Assembly (NCBI GenBank): GCA_030682795.1
Contig: JAUXNJ010000019.1
Coordinates: 94,627-158,626, forward strand
Direction of reading: 5' to 3'
From: Sphingobacteriaceae bacterium
GTDB taxonomy: Bacteria > Bacteroidota > Bacteroidia > UBA7662
Length of the DNA: 64,000 bases
Of the stretch, positions 1 to 10,900 are shown piece by piece. Every line of letters begins with the position of its first letter. Positions within the stretch are counted from its first letter, which is position 1. The position numbers were made by a program, and so were the translations under genes. A model generated the notes under the pieces. That model did not search any database, was not told the origin of the DNA, and saw only the letters and a program-made list of their open reading frames with translations.

Positions 1-153
1 CTTGCGTGCTGCGGCACTTGGCTCGCATGAAATCTCCTTCGCCATACAGCTCGAATCGAAAGAAAGAATTCCCCGTCGCAAGATGGTTAAAATAAAATGC
101 CCCACTTTTTAGTTAATTTAGCCCCCGCTATCATAAAATAAATTGCTTAGCTA

Positions 154-1536
154 ATGAAAAGCAACAAATTGATTCTCACAGGAGCAGTACTTGCTGGCTC
201 CTTATTTTTGGGAGCATGCTCTCAAAAATCAAGCAAAACCGGTTGGAACTACAATGACCCCAAAAACGGTGGCTTCGAAGTTGTAAAATACAAAGAACAA
301 CAAACAGGCCCGGGTCTGGTGCTCGTTCAAGGTGGTACTTTTGTCATGGGTGCAACCGAGCAGAATATTGCGCACGACTACGACAACATTGCTCGTCGGG
401 TGACTGTAGCATCCTTTTACATGGACGAATCGGAAGTGTCGAATGTAGATTGGCTAGAATATACCTATTGGTTGGGTCGCGTTTTTGGCGAAACCTATCC
501 GGAGGTGTACAATGCAGCCTTGCCCGACACCACTGTTTGGCGCCGTGATTTGGCGTTTAACGAGCCGTTTGTAGACAACTATTTGCGTCACCCTGCCTAC
601 CAAAACTACCCGGTAGTAGGTGTGAGCTGGAAACAGGCCAACGATTATTGCGTATGGCGTACCGACCGTGTAAACGAGCAAATTTTAGTAGATCGCGGCT
701 ACATTAAAGCCAATCCGAACCAGTACGGTGAAGAAAACTTCAATACAGGTGCTTATTATGCCGGTTTGTATCAGCCAGAGGTGCGCAAGGCCCGTAAAGA
801 CCTTAACCCAAACAGCGATACCCGCAACATTCGTCCCGAAGATGGCATCATGTTGCCTGCATACCGCCTTCCAACAGAAGCGGAATGGGAATATGCTGCA
901 CAGGGTTTGATAGGCAACTCTGATCGTGAAAACATCAGCGACCGCCGCTTGTACCCTTGGAATGGACATGGCGTACGTTATGCCAAAGGCAAAGCCCAAG
1001 GCGATATCCAAGCCAACTTTAAGCGTGGTCGTGGTGACTATATGGGTGTAGCCAACCGTTTGAACGACAATGCAGCGCCTACCGCACCAGTGAAATACTA
1101 CTGGCCTAATGATTATGGTTTGTACAACATTGCGGGTAACGTAAACGAGTGGACTGCCGATATTTATCGCCCAATGACCTATACCGATGCCGAAGACTTT
1201 AACACTTTCCGCGGTAATGTGTATACCTTGCCTAAAAAGGACGCGGACGGTTATATGGAAAAAGATAGTTTAGGGCGTGTTGCGCGTGAACTCGACTTCA
1301 AGCGTTACAGCAACCCTAATGTAATCGACTACCTCGATAGCTTGGCCATGTACAATGAGCGGAACAGCTTGGTTTCAAACCAAACCCGCGTGTACAAAGG
1401 TGGTAGCTGGAGAGATTTGCCTTACTGGTTGAACCCAGGTACCCGTCGTTACCTCGACGAGAACATGAGCCGCGACGACATTGGTTTCCGTTGCGCCATG
1501 ACCCGCGTAGGTAGTCCGGGCGGCAAAAAGCGCTAA
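154..1536 (+). CDS. Gliding-motility-type lipoprotein with formylglycine-generating-enzyme (SUMF1/FGE-sulfatase) fold (GldJ/GldK family)
   Basis: Lipoprotein signal (LFLGAC-S). N-terminus 'TGWNYNDPKNGGFE' and 460-aa length are typical of the Bacteroidota GldJ/GldK family. No gldLMN follows, so GldJ-like is more likely than GldK. Confidence 0.55.
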   Translation: MKSNKLILTGAVLAGSLFLGACSQKSSKTGWNYNDPKNGGFEVVKYKEQQTGPGLVLVQGGTFVMGATEQNIAHDYDNIARRVTVASFYMDESEVSNVDWLEYTYWLGRVFGETYPEVYNAALPDTTVWRRDLAFNEPFVDNYLRHPAYQNYPVVGVSWKQANDYCVWRTDRVNEQILVDRGYIKANPNQYGEENFNTGAYYAGLYQPEVRKARKDLNPNSDTRNIRPEDGIMLPAYRLPTEAEWEYAAQGLIGNSDRENISDRRLYPWNGHGVRYAKGKAQGDIQANFKRGRGDYMGVANRLNDNAAPTAPVKYYWPNDYGLYNIAGNVNEWTADIYRPMTYTDAEDFNTFRGNVYTLPKKDADGYMEKDSLGRVARELDFKRYSNPNVIDYLDSLAMYNERNSLVSNQTRVYKGGSWRDLPYWLNPGTRRYLDENMSRDDIGFRCAMTRVGSPGGKKR

Positions 1537-1540
1537 GTGC

Positions 1541-2191
1541 ATGCAGCATTGGATTGCTAGCACCGAAGCATATGTAAAAGCACAACTGCAAGGCGCAGAA
1601 GGCGGGCACGACTGGTGGCATGTTTACCGGGTGTGGCAGCTGAGCAAGCGCATCGCGATACAAGAAAGCGCCGACACACTCATTGTAGAGTTGTCGGCGC
1701 TTTTGCATGACATAGCCGACGCTAAATTCCACGATGGCGACGAGGAGCTGGGGCCGGCGCGGGCTACAACCTTCTTGGAGCAATTAGGCGTGGATGCCGT
1801 ACGGGTGGCGCACATCGGCAACATCATCCGCTTTATGTCATACAAAGGCGGTCACAACGAAGGGGCGTTTTACTCACCCGAATTTGCGGTAGTGCGCGAT
1901 GCCGACCGCCTCGATGCCATCGGTGCCATTGGCATTGCCCGCACCTTTAATTACGGCGGTTTCCGCAACCGGGCCTTGTACGACCCAGCCATCGCCCCAC
2001 AACCCGGCATGAGCAAAGAAGCTTACAAAAACAGCACGGCTCCTACCCTCAACCACTTCTACGAAAAACTTTTGCTGCTCAAAGACGGCATGCTTACCGC
2101 AACGGGGAAGCAGTTAGCTGCCGAGCGCCATGCCTATATGCAAGCCTTTGTACACCGTTTTAAGGCCGAGTGGGAGGGCCTCGATGGCTAA
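1541..2191 (+). CDS. HD-domain phosphohydrolase
   Basis: H...HD motif (LLHDIADAKFHDGDEE) in a 216-aa ORF. Confidence 0.55.
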   Translation: MQHWIASTEAYVKAQLQGAEGGHDWWHVYRVWQLSKRIAIQESADTLIVELSALLHDIADAKFHDGDEELGPARATTFLEQLGVDAVRVAHIGNIIRFMSYKGGHNEGAFYSPEFAVVRDADRLDAIGAIGIARTFNYGGFRNRALYDPAIAPQPGMSKEAYKNSTAPTLNHFYEKLLLLKDGMLTATGKQLAAERHAYMQAFVHRFKAEWEGLDG

Positions 2192-2585
2192 GTCGCTTCA
2201 CGTAAGCTGCGCCATCATCGAAAAAGATGGCTTGGTGCTGGCCGCCCAACGCAGTGCTGCCATGAAAATGCCGCTCAAATGGGAGTTCCCAGGTGGTAAA
2301 ATAGAGGCAGGCGAAAGTCCTGCCGCCGCCCTGCTCCGCGAAATCCGTGAAGAATTAGGGCTAGAAATTGAGCTGCTGCGAGCCCTTGAACCGCAGGCTT
2401 TTCGGCAAAGTCCCGCGCTCGAAATCGTACTTTACCCCTTCATCGCCCGAATTACGGCTGGTGCGCTGGAGCTGGCCGAACACGCCCAGGTAAAGTGGTG
2501 TACCACTGACGAGTTGCAAGCATTGGACTGGGCGGGAGCGGATGTGCCGGTGGTTAACACCTACTTATCTATTCGAAAGACATAA
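2184..2585 (+). CDS. NUDIX hydrolase (MutT-like)
   Basis: Nudix box GGKIEAGESPAAALLREIREELG. Start moved to ATG at 2184 (MAKSLHV...), overlapping the HD gene's stop. Confidence 0.65.
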   Translation: MAKSLHVSCAIIEKDGLVLAAQRSAAMKMPLKWEFPGGKIEAGESPAAALLREIREELGLEIELLRALEPQAFRQSPALEIVLYPFIARITAGALELAEHAQVKWCTTDELQALDWAGADVPVVNTYLSIRKT

Positions 2586-2607
2586 AAAAAGCGGCCCGTA
2601 GACCGCT
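2583..2607 (-). terminator. Rho-independent terminator for DoxX gene (minus strand)
   Basis: Hairpin AGCGG-N8-CCGCT; on the minus strand it is followed by a T7 run. Confidence 0.45.
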
Positions 2608-2625
2608 CCCAAAAAATGAAAAAAA

Positions 2626-2982
2626 TTATGCTGCCTGTTTAGAGGCGTAGAAGAAAGCTGCACCGGCGAGGGCCAGGTCTTTCAGCACCCCCGACATGGC
2701 CATTTGATCGCCGCCCATCACGGCTGGCAGGTGAATGCTCAGCACAAAAACCACCAACAATACGCCTAGCAAGGTAGCGGCCAATTGCGCCATCTTACCC
2801 AGCATGATCGCTAGAGAAGCTGCCACCAAACAAGCGCCCGTGAGGTACACCCAAATCACACCGCCGGGAATGGCGGAAGGAACCATGCCCGCCATGTCGT
2901 TGGCCGCCATAAAATGCATCAATCCAAAAATGGCGAAGGGGAGGGCAAACAGGTATTTGCCAATTACATCTAAGTTTTTCAT
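2626..2982 (-). CDS. DoxX-family membrane protein
   Basis: Three to four TM helices with a DoxX-like N-terminus (MKNLDVIGKYLFALPFAIFGLMHF). Start chosen at the internal Met. Confidence 0.5.
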   Translation of the reverse strand: MKNLDVIGKYLFALPFAIFGLMHFMAANDMAGMVPSAIPGGVIWVYLTGACLVAASLAIMLGKMAQLAATLLGVLLVVFVLSIHLPAVMGGDQMAMSGVLKDLALAGAAFFYASKQAA

Positions 2983-3077
2983 ACAACAGGTGTTTAAAAG
3001 GTTTAATATGTGAATACATATGTAATTGCAAACTAGCCAATTACACATTCACAAAAAAATCTTTGACACCTAAGTTA

Positions 3078-3569
3078 TCAACGGAATAAAAGCAGCACCT
3101 GGCCCTTTTCAACCGTATTTCCGACTTCCACAACCAGCTTATCCACAATGCCTTGGCCAGGAGATTTGAGTACATTCTCCATTTTCATAGACTCGAGCAC
3201 CAAAAGCGGGTCGCCTTTTTGCACTTCTTGTCCAGGCTCGGCCACCAAGCGCAGCACCAGTCCCGGCATCGGCGCCTTCAACTCATTGATTTTCTGCACC
3301 GCCCCAGCATCAATGCCGAGCTTGTTGAGCATGAGGTCGAGTTCGGTTTTGAGCGTTACTTCAAAAGTGCTTTGGTTCACACGCACTTGCAGGTTCTGGC
3401 CTTCTTGGCCGAGCAACTCCACCTGATAGCCCTTGCCATTCACCAGCAAATGCAGGCGGTCGGCATCGAGCCTGATGGCGTCGGGTTGCAGCTTTTTACC
3501 ATTCACCAAAAGCTCGTTTCCTTGCTTCTCGATGCTAAATTTTTTGCCCTGGAGTGTTACTTCAAACAT
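3078..3569 (-). CDS. Biotin/lipoyl-attachment domain protein (BCCP-like, standalone)
   Basis: C-terminal biotinyl domain with the E-S-M-K-M motif (LVLESMKMEN) and hammerhead flanks. Confidence 0.6.
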   Translation of the reverse strand: MFEVTLQGKKFSIEKQGNELLVNGKKLQPDAIRLDADRLHLLVNGKGYQVELLGQEGQNLQVRVNQSTFEVTLKTELDLMLNKLGIDAGAVQKINELKAPMPGLVLRLVAEPGQEVQKGDPLLVLESMKMENVLKSPGQGIVDKLVVEVGNTVEKGQVLLLFR

Positions 3570-3646
3570 CTTTCACGTATTTGCGTTGCCAAAACTACTA
3601 AAAATGCCCAAATTTGGCGTTATTAGCTGGCTATAATTGCATTTGC

Positions 3647-6100
3647 ATGTATAAACATCGACTCCTTTTCGTACCAGTCTTGGCTCTTTTGCTCGGCTGT
3701 AACAGCAATAAAGCCATTGTAGAAGTGGCTGAACCCGTTCAACCCGAAAAATACGTTCCCCATGTGCACGACGACTACCGGGCGAGTCGTCCGCTCGACA
3801 TGAAAATGCTGCATACCAAGCTCTACCTCAAGCCCGACTTTAGCAAAGCCTGGATGTATGGCACGGCCTACCTCACCGTTACACCACACTTTTATCCATC
3901 TCGGAAAATTAGTCTGGATGCCAAAGGCTTCCAAATAAACCGCGTGGAGCTGGTGGGCAGCGACTTCTTCAAGCCCTTGCAATACCAATACGACGGCAAG
4001 CAACTGCACATTGAGCTCGACCATACCTACAGCGCTGGGGTAAAAGTGCAATTGCTCATTGATTACATTGCCAAGCCCAACGAACTCAAGGATGTAAACG
4101 GCAGCAGTGCCATTCAGGGGGCAAAAGGCCTCTATTTTATCAATCCCGATGGCGCCGACAGCACCAAGCCCGTGCAACTCTGGACCCAAGGTGAAACCGA
4201 AAGCAATTCTTGCTGGTACCCCACCATCGACGCACCCAACCAAAAAACTTCCCAGGAAATTTACCTGACCGTAGATACGAGCTTCGTGACTTTGTCGAAT
4301 GGCGAGCTGGTATACAGCACCGACAATGGCGACGGCACCCGCACGGACTATTGGGAGCAAAAGTTGCAGCACGCACCCTACCTTACCATGCTCGCCGTGG
4401 GCAAGTTTCACGTGGCCCGCGAAAAATGGCGTGGCAAAGAAGTATCGTACTATGTAGAGCCCGAATTTGCTGCAACCGCCGCCAAAACCTATCCCAATAC
4501 CGTAGAAATGCTGGAGTTTTACAGCAATTTGTTGGGGGTGCCGTATCCTTGGGACAAATACGCACAAATTTCGGTACGCGATTATGTATCGGGTGCGATG
4601 GAAAACACCGGCGCTGTAATTTTTGGCGAATGGGCCCAGCGCACCGAGCGCGAACTGCTCGATGGCAGCTCAGAGAGCACCGTGGCCCACGAAATGTTCC
4701 ACCATTGGTTTGGCGATTTGGTGACTGCCGAAAGCTGGAGCAACCTCGCCATCAACGAAAGTTTCGCTACCTATGGCTCTTACCTGTGGGATGAGCATAA
4801 ATACGGCGCCATGGAGGCCGACCGTGGCTTGTATGGCAACCTCAACGGCTATCTCAGTGAATCGAAGCGCAAGCAGGTAGATTTGGTGCGCTTTTATTAC
4901 GAAGACAAAGAGGAGATGTTTGATAGCCATTCCTACGCCAAAGGCAGTCGCATTTTACACATGCTGCGCAAGGAAGTGGGCGACAAAGCCTTTTTTGCCT
5001 CCCTCAAACTCTTCCTAACCCGCCATGCCCATCAAGCCGTAGAAATACAACAGCTGCGTTTGGCTTTTGAAGAAGTAACGGGCCGCGACCTCAACTGGTT
5101 TTTCAACCAGTGGTTTTATGCCAAGGGCCATCCGGTGCTCGACTTTAACTACGGCTACGATGCCGAAACGAGCGAAATTGTGCTCAAAATCACCCAAAAG
5201 AAATCGGGTGAAGGCGTGCCTTTGTACCGTTTGCCGATGCGCGTGGACATTTACACCGCGGATAGCAAGACCACCCAAGCCATTGTGCTGAGTCGTGAAT
5301 CGCAGGAATTCCGCTTTAGAAGCGAGCGGCCCTTGCTGGTGAATGCCGATGCTGACAAAATGCTGCTTTGCGAAAAAACCGAAAACAAAACCCGCGAGCA
5401 GTACCTCGTGCAGTTCCAACGGGCGCCGTTGTTTGTAGACCAATACGAGGCGTTGATGTATTTGCGCAACCTCAAAACCGATCAACAGGCCCGCAGCAGC
5501 TTTATGGATGCCCTGCAGCACGAGTTTTGGTTCATGCGCCAATATGCCATCCAACAATTCGACTTTAGCGATTGGAAAAAAGATGCCAATCTTTTGGTAT
5601 TGCTGCAAAAACTCGCCAAAAGCGACCCCAACAGCTCGGTGCGTGCCGCAGCGGTAGCCAAATTAGGCGAAGTAGATGCCTTGGCTTACGGTCCGTTTTT
5701 CTTAGAAGTACTCACCCAAGACAGCTCTTTCCGCGTGATTGGCGCCGCTTTGCCGCTGTATGCCAAAACCGATTCGGTAAAAGTAATGGACATTGCGCGC
5801 AGCCTCGAGCCACACCGTTCGGTGCGCAACCAAGTGCTCGAAATTTACGCAGCTTACGGCGATGCCAGCATGGCCGACTTCTTCGAAAGCAGCTTTGCCT
5901 CGGCACAAGGCTGGGGCAAGGTAGCCGTGCTGCAGCGTTACAGCCAGCTGGCGCTCCGCCTCGACAACGACGCCCTCACCACCAAAGCCTTGGCCTTTAT
6001 GAAGAGCGTTCCGAGTCGCAGCAACAACGTTTATCTCTCGCGTATCGCCTCCCAGGAAAGCACCAAATTGGCGGCTTTGTTACCACCGGCTGAGTACTAG
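3647..6100 (+). CDS. M1-family zinc aminopeptidase (aminopeptidase N-like) lipoprotein
   Basis: GAMEN motif, HEMFHHW (HEXXH) followed by NESFATY glutamate. Lipoprotein signal LLGC. HEAT-like C-terminal domain. Confidence 0.8.
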   Translation: MYKHRLLFVPVLALLLGCNSNKAIVEVAEPVQPEKYVPHVHDDYRASRPLDMKMLHTKLYLKPDFSKAWMYGTAYLTVTPHFYPSRKISLDAKGFQINRVELVGSDFFKPLQYQYDGKQLHIELDHTYSAGVKVQLLIDYIAKPNELKDVNGSSAIQGAKGLYFINPDGADSTKPVQLWTQGETESNSCWYPTIDAPNQKTSQEIYLTVDTSFVTLSNGELVYSTDNGDGTRTDYWEQKLQHAPYLTMLAVGKFHVAREKWRGKEVSYYVEPEFAATAAKTYPNTVEMLEFYSNLLGVPYPWDKYAQISVRDYVSGAMENTGAVIFGEWAQRTERELLDGSSESTVAHEMFHHWFGDLVTAESWSNLAINESFATYGSYLWDEHKYGAMEADRGLYGNLNGYLSESKRKQVDLVRFYYEDKEEMFDSHSYAKGSRILHMLRKEVGDKAFFASLKLFLTRHAHQAVEIQQLRLAFEEVTGRDLNWFFNQWFYAKGHPVLDFNYGYDAETSEIVLKITQKKSGEGVPLYRLPMRVDIYTADSKTTQAIVLSRESQEFRFRSERPLLVNADADKMLLCEKTENKTREQYLVQFQRAPLFVDQYEALMYLRNLKTDQQARSSFMDALQHEFWFMRQYAIQQFDFSDWKKDANLLVLLQKLAKSDPNSSVRAAAVAKLGEVDALAYGPFFLEVLTQDSSFRVIGAALPLYAKTDSVKVMDIARSLEPHRSVRNQVLEIYAAYGDASMADFFESSFASAQGWGKVAVLQRYSQLALRLDNDALTTKALAFMKSVPSRSNNVYLSRIASQESTKLAALLPPAEY

Positions 6101-6145
6101 TTACTCCGCCTGCTTTTCCACAGAAAAAACAGCCTGTGGATAATT

Positions 6146-6177
6146 TGCACAGCTGCAGTTTTTTAATTACTTTTGCA
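6146..6177 (+). promoter_or_regulatory. Candidate Bacteroidota sigma-A promoter (-33 TTG / -7 TAnnTTTG) for rimP-nusA-infB
   Basis: TTG at 6146 and TACTTTTG at 6170-6177 with about 21-bp spacing, 45 bp upstream of the rimP ATG. A perfect 8-bp hairpin GAGGGGAC-cgaaa-GTCCCCTC at 6191-6211 lies in the leader. Confidence 0.3.
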
Positions 6178-6222
6178 TCGAAATTGAGTGAGGGGACCGA
6201 AAGTCCCCTCTTTCATTTGAGT

Positions 6223-6690
6223 ATGATAAACGCAGTTAGAAACAAGGTTTTACAAACGTTAGAGCGCCTTTTGGCCGACAATGCCCATTTTGTGGTAGAA
6301 GTGAAAATTTCGCCCGATTTGAAGCGCATTGGGGTAGCCTTAGATGGCGACACAGGTGTGGACATTGATTTTTGTGCGGCAGTAAGCAGGGAACTCGGCA
6401 ATGAGCTCGAGACCTTGGAAGATTTAGGGGCCTATGTGTTGGAGGTAAGTTCGCCTGGAGCGGATGCGCCCATGAAGTTGCTACGGCAGTTTCCCAAGCA
6501 TGTTGGTCGCGAGTTAAAAGTAGTGCTCAACGACGGTACGGAGTTCAAAGGCATCCTCGAGGAGGTGGCCGGAGACCAGCTCCACATCGTTTACAAGCAC
6601 AAAGAAAAAGGCAAAAAGGCTGAAGAACGCACCCGTGTGCTGCCTTTCAGCGAGATTGAATATGCAAAAGTCATTATATCCTTTAAATAA
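6223..6690 (+). CDS. rimP: Ribosome maturation factor RimP
   Basis: About 155 aa with RimP N- and C-domains. Conserved rimP-nusA-infB synteny. Start moved to the internal ATG at 6223. Confidence 0.7.
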   Translation: MINAVRNKVLQTLERLLADNAHFVVEVKISPDLKRIGVALDGDTGVDIDFCAAVSRELGNELETLEDLGAYVLEVSSPGADAPMKLLRQFPKHVGRELKVVLNDGTEFKGILEEVAGDQLHIVYKHKEKGKKAEERTRVLPFSEIEYAKVIISFK

Positions 6691-6696
6691 GAAAGC

Positions 6697-7935
6697 ATGA
6701 ACAGCAGCGAACTGATCGAATCCTTTTCGGAGTTTAAAGAACTCAAGAATATCGATCGCGCTACCATGATGCGCGTTTTAGAAGACGTATTCCGCAGCAT
6801 GGTTCGCCGCAAATTCGGTACCGATGAGCACTTCGACATTATCCTCAACACCGAAAAAGGTGATTTGGAGATTTGGAGAAACCGCGAGGTAGTGGAAGAC
6901 GATTCAGAATTTGTTGGTCAATCCGACAAAATTACCCTGACCGACGCCCAGAAAATTGAGCCCGATTTTGAAGTAGGAGAAGAAGTATCCGACGAAATTA
7001 AGCTCGAAGAGTTTGGTCGCCGCGCCATTTTGGCCGCCCGTCAAACCTTGGTGCAGCGCATTTTGGAGCTCGAAAAAGACAATATCTACCAGAAATACAA
7101 AGACCGTGCGGGTGAAATCGTAACGGGCGAGGTGTATCAGATTTGGAAGAAAGAGATGTTGATCCTCGACGACGAAGGCAACGAGTTGATTTTGCCGAAG
7201 ACCGAGCAGATTCCTGCCGACTTCTACAAAAAAGGCGATGCCGTTCGTGGGGTTGTGTTGCGGGTAGAGACCCAAAATACTACGCCGCGCATCATCATTT
7301 CGCGTACAGCACCAGCCTTTTTGGCCCGCTTGCTCGAATTAGAGGTGCCCGAAATTTTCGACGGACTCATCACCATCAAAAACATTGTTCGTGAGCCAGG
7401 GGAGCGCGCCAAAGTAGCCGTAGAAAGCTACGACGACCGCATTGACCCAGTAGGTGCTTGCGTGGGTATGAAGGGTTCACGCATCCACGGCATCGTGCGC
7501 GAGTTGCGCAACGAGAGCATCGACGTGATCAACTTCACCAACAATATGCAGCTGTACATCCAGCGGGCTTTGAGTCCAGCCAAGATCAGCAGCATGGAGC
7601 TCGACACCGAGCGCAACAAAGCCAGCGTTTACCTCAAGCCCGACCAAGTGTCGTTGGCCATCGGTAAGGGCGGTCACAACATCCGTTTAGCAGCCAAGCT
7701 CACGGGCCACGAAATTGACGTATTCCGCGACATTGTGGAAGACGACAGCGACGTGGACTTGGACGAATTTGCAGACGAAATCGACAGCTGGATCATCGAC
7801 GAACTGAAGAAAATCGGTTTGGACACGGCGAAATCCGTACTGGCTGTTGGTCCCGAAGAACTCGTGCGCCGCACCGAGTTGGAAGAGGAGACTGCCGCAC
7901 AGGTGCTGGCCATTCTCCGCGCAGAATTTGAATAA
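6697..7935 (+). CDS. nusA: Transcription termination/antitermination factor NusA
   Basis: NusA N-terminal domain, S1 and KH domains (GxxG loops IGKGG) and acidic C-terminus. Synteny with infB. Confidence 0.85.
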   Translation: MNSSELIESFSEFKELKNIDRATMMRVLEDVFRSMVRRKFGTDEHFDIILNTEKGDLEIWRNREVVEDDSEFVGQSDKITLTDAQKIEPDFEVGEEVSDEIKLEEFGRRAILAARQTLVQRILELEKDNIYQKYKDRAGEIVTGEVYQIWKKEMLILDDEGNELILPKTEQIPADFYKKGDAVRGVVLRVETQNTTPRIIISRTAPAFLARLLELEVPEIFDGLITIKNIVREPGERAKVAVESYDDRIDPVGACVGMKGSRIHGIVRELRNESIDVINFTNNMQLYIQRALSPAKISSMELDTERNKASVYLKPDQVSLAIGKGGHNIRLAAKLTGHEIDVFRDIVEDDSDVDLDEFADEIDSWIIDELKKIGLDTAKSVLAVGPEELVRRTELEEETAAQVLAILRAEFE

Positions 7936-7976
7936 GCATAGCGTTGCAAAGCGCAGATTACCAATAAATAGAGGGA

Positions 7977-10900
7977 ATGTCAGAAGGAAGTATCAGGATA
8001 AAAAAAGCGGCCACCGAGTTTAACATCAGTGTTGGCCACGTGGTAGACCACCTTGCAGCCAAAGGCTTTGAAGTGGATGCCAATCCGAACGCCAAAATCA
8101 CCGACGAGATGTACGGTGTGTTGCTCCGCGACTTTGGTCAGGATAAGAAAATAAAAGAGCAGGCTGCTCAAATCAGCATTGGCGTCAACAAAAAGGAAGA
8201 CGTGGTATTGGATAAGAAGGCTTTTGGGCCTGCTACTGCCACACCCTCCGAGCCAGAAGCCGATGAAGTGCTCATTAAGGGCATGAACAAGGCAGCCGCC
8301 ACCGAAGCCAAACCTGCGCCGAAGGCGGAGGAAGCGCCTGTGGCTGCCAAGCCCGTGGCCGAAACGCCCGCGCCTGCCGCCAAAGCAGCTGTTGAAGCCG
8401 AAAAAACCGGTTTGAAAGTGCTCGGTAAAATCGACCTCAGCACAGCGGGCAAGCCCAAGGCCAAGCCTGCGGCTGAAGCACCCAAGGCAGCAGCCCCTGA
8501 GGCAGCGCCAAAGGCAGAAGCCCCTAAAGTAGCAGCGCCAGCCGCCGCACCGGCATCCCCTCAGCCGGAAGCACCCAAGGCCGCTACACCTGCCGTTCCT
8601 GAGGCACCAGCAGCTCCTGCTGCCAAAGCAGAAGCCGCTCCGCAAGTTGCAGCTCCTGTAGTTCCAGCGGTAGAAAAGCCCAAAGAAGCAACAGCCGAGG
8701 CCAAGCCAGCCGCCGCGCCAGAAGCAGCTGCACCAGTGGCCGAAGCAAAAGCTGCTACACCAGTAGCTGCGCCAGCCGCCGCTCCAAAAGCGACTGAAAA
8801 GCCTGCCGCACCCGCTGCAACAGGCGAGGACGAAGATGTGGTACGTGCCAAAGCCGACAAGCTGCAAGGCACCACGGTATTGCGCACCATCGACCTCAGT
8901 CAATTCGAAAAGCGCAAGCCGGTAGCCAGCTCTAGCGATAGCAGCGTGGGCCGCCGCAAGCGTAAGCGCAAAGACGGTCCTGCCGGAGCAGCCCCTGCCA
9001 CAGGCGCTACCCCAGCAGCCAATGTAGATCGCCCGTTGCGTTCACCAAATGCCCCTGGCACCATGCCACAGCGTCCGCAAGGCAACCGTCCACATGGCGG
9101 TGGTGGCCCTGGCGGTGGACAAGGCGGCAACCGCAGAGGTCCAGCAGCACCACTCGGACCAAAAGCCGAGCCGACAGAAAAGGAAATCCAAGATCAGATC
9201 AAGGCCACGATGGCCCGCCTACAAGGTGGTGCTAAAGGTGCCAGCAGGGCCAAATACCGCAAACAACGTCGTGATGACCATGCGCTCCGTGATGGAGCTG
9301 ATCTCAACGAAGATGGCAAAATGAAGTTGCAGGCCACCGAGTTCCTCACCACGGGTGAACTCGCTGGTTTGATGGACGTGCCGGTTGGGGAAGTCATCAT
9401 GAACTGCTTCTCGCTCGGCTTGGTGGTAACCATCAACCAGCGCCTCGATGCCGAAACCATTACATTGGTGGCCGATGAATTTGGCTACGATGTAGAGTTC
9501 ATTTCTGCCGACGCCAATGAGCCGATGATTGAGGAAGAGGACGATGCAGACAACATGACCGACCGTTCGCCGATTGTGACCATCATGGGTCACGTTGACC
9601 ACGGTAAAACCTCCTTGCTCGACTTTATCCGCAAAGAAAACGTAATTGCTGGGGAAGCTGGTGGCATCACCCAACACATTGGCGCCTATGCGGTGCAACT
9701 CGCCAATGGCAAGCAAATCACCTTCCTTGATACCCCGGGTCACGAAGCCTTTACGGCCATGCGAGCGCGTGGTGCCAAGGTAACCGACATTGTGGTGATT
9801 GTGATTGCGGCCGACGACAGCGTCATGCCACAAACCAAAGAAGCCATCAGCCACGCACAAGCGGCCAATGTGCCTTTGATATTCGCCATCAACAAGGTTG
9901 ACCGTCCAGGTGCCAATCCTGAGCGCATCCGCGAACAACTTTCGGCCATGAACATTTTGGTAGAAAGCTGGGGTGGTAAATACCAAGACCAAGAAATATC
10001 GGCCAAGTTTGGTCAGAATGTAGACGCTTTGTTAGAGAAGATTTTGCTAGAAGCTGAAATCCTCGAGCTCAAAGCCGACCCTAAAAAGCGTGCTGTGGGC
10101 ACCGTAATTGAAGCCTCCCTCGACAAGGGCCGTGGTGTAATTACCACTGTGCTCATCGAAGGCGGTACCCTCGAAATGGGAGATCCTATTTTGGCAGGTG
10201 CCAACTTTGGTAAGGTAAAGGCCTTGATGAACGAGCGCGGACAGCGCATCACCAAGGTAGGACCATCGCAGCCAGTGCAAATCCTCGGTTTCAACTCGGC
10301 CCCAACCGCCGGTGATCGTTTTTACGTAACCGAATCGGATGCCGTGGCCAAGGACGTAGGTACCAAGCGCATGCAGTTGTTGCGTGAGCAGGGCATGCGT
10401 ACCAAGAAACACATCACCCTCGATGAAATCGGTCGTCGTTTGGCCATTGGCAACTTCAAAGAGCTCAACCTCGTTGTAAAAGGCGACGTGGACGGCTCGG
10501 TAGAAGCCTTGGCCGACAGCTTGATGAAGCTGAGCACCGACCAAATCCAGGTAAACGTGATTCACAAAGGGGTGGGTCAGATCAGCGAAAGCGACGTAAT
10601 GCTCGCATCTGCTTCCGACGCCATCATTGTGGGCTTCCAGGTGCGGCCGCTCGCCTCTGTGCGTAAGCTCGCCGAGCAGGAAGAAATCGACATCCGTACC
10701 TACAGCATCATTTACGATGCTATCGACGAGATTAAGTCGGCCATGGAAGGCATGTTGGCCCCTACTTTCGAAGAGAAAGTGGTGTGCAACGTCCAAATCC
10801 GCGAGGTCTTCAAAATCTCCAAGGTGGGCACCATTGCAGGTTGTATGGTTACCGATGGCAAAATCACCCGCAACACCAAAGTACGGGTGCTCCGCGATGG

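Noticed and set aside
5572-6093. 173-aa Arg/Gln/Cys-rich ORF and other nested ORFs inside the M1 peptidase gene (3623-4567, 5015-5608, etc.)
   Set aside because: All lie within or antisense to the strongly supported M1 aminopeptidase frame.
6136-6222. Upstream in-frame extension of rimP (ORF track start 6136), and similar extensions for menD (14283), the NUDIX gene (2130), the DoxX gene (3048), the M1 peptidase (3614) and dgkA (56258)
   Set aside because: The extensions overlap upstream genes or promoters and add non-conserved residues. Internal ATGs giving canonical N-termini or signal peptides were preferred.
7980-8903. 307-aa Cys/Gly/Arg/Trp-rich antisense ORF (and 8168-8485, 8561-8890)
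   Set aside because: It lies antisense to the A/P/K/E low-complexity region of infB and is a typical GC-skew artefact.
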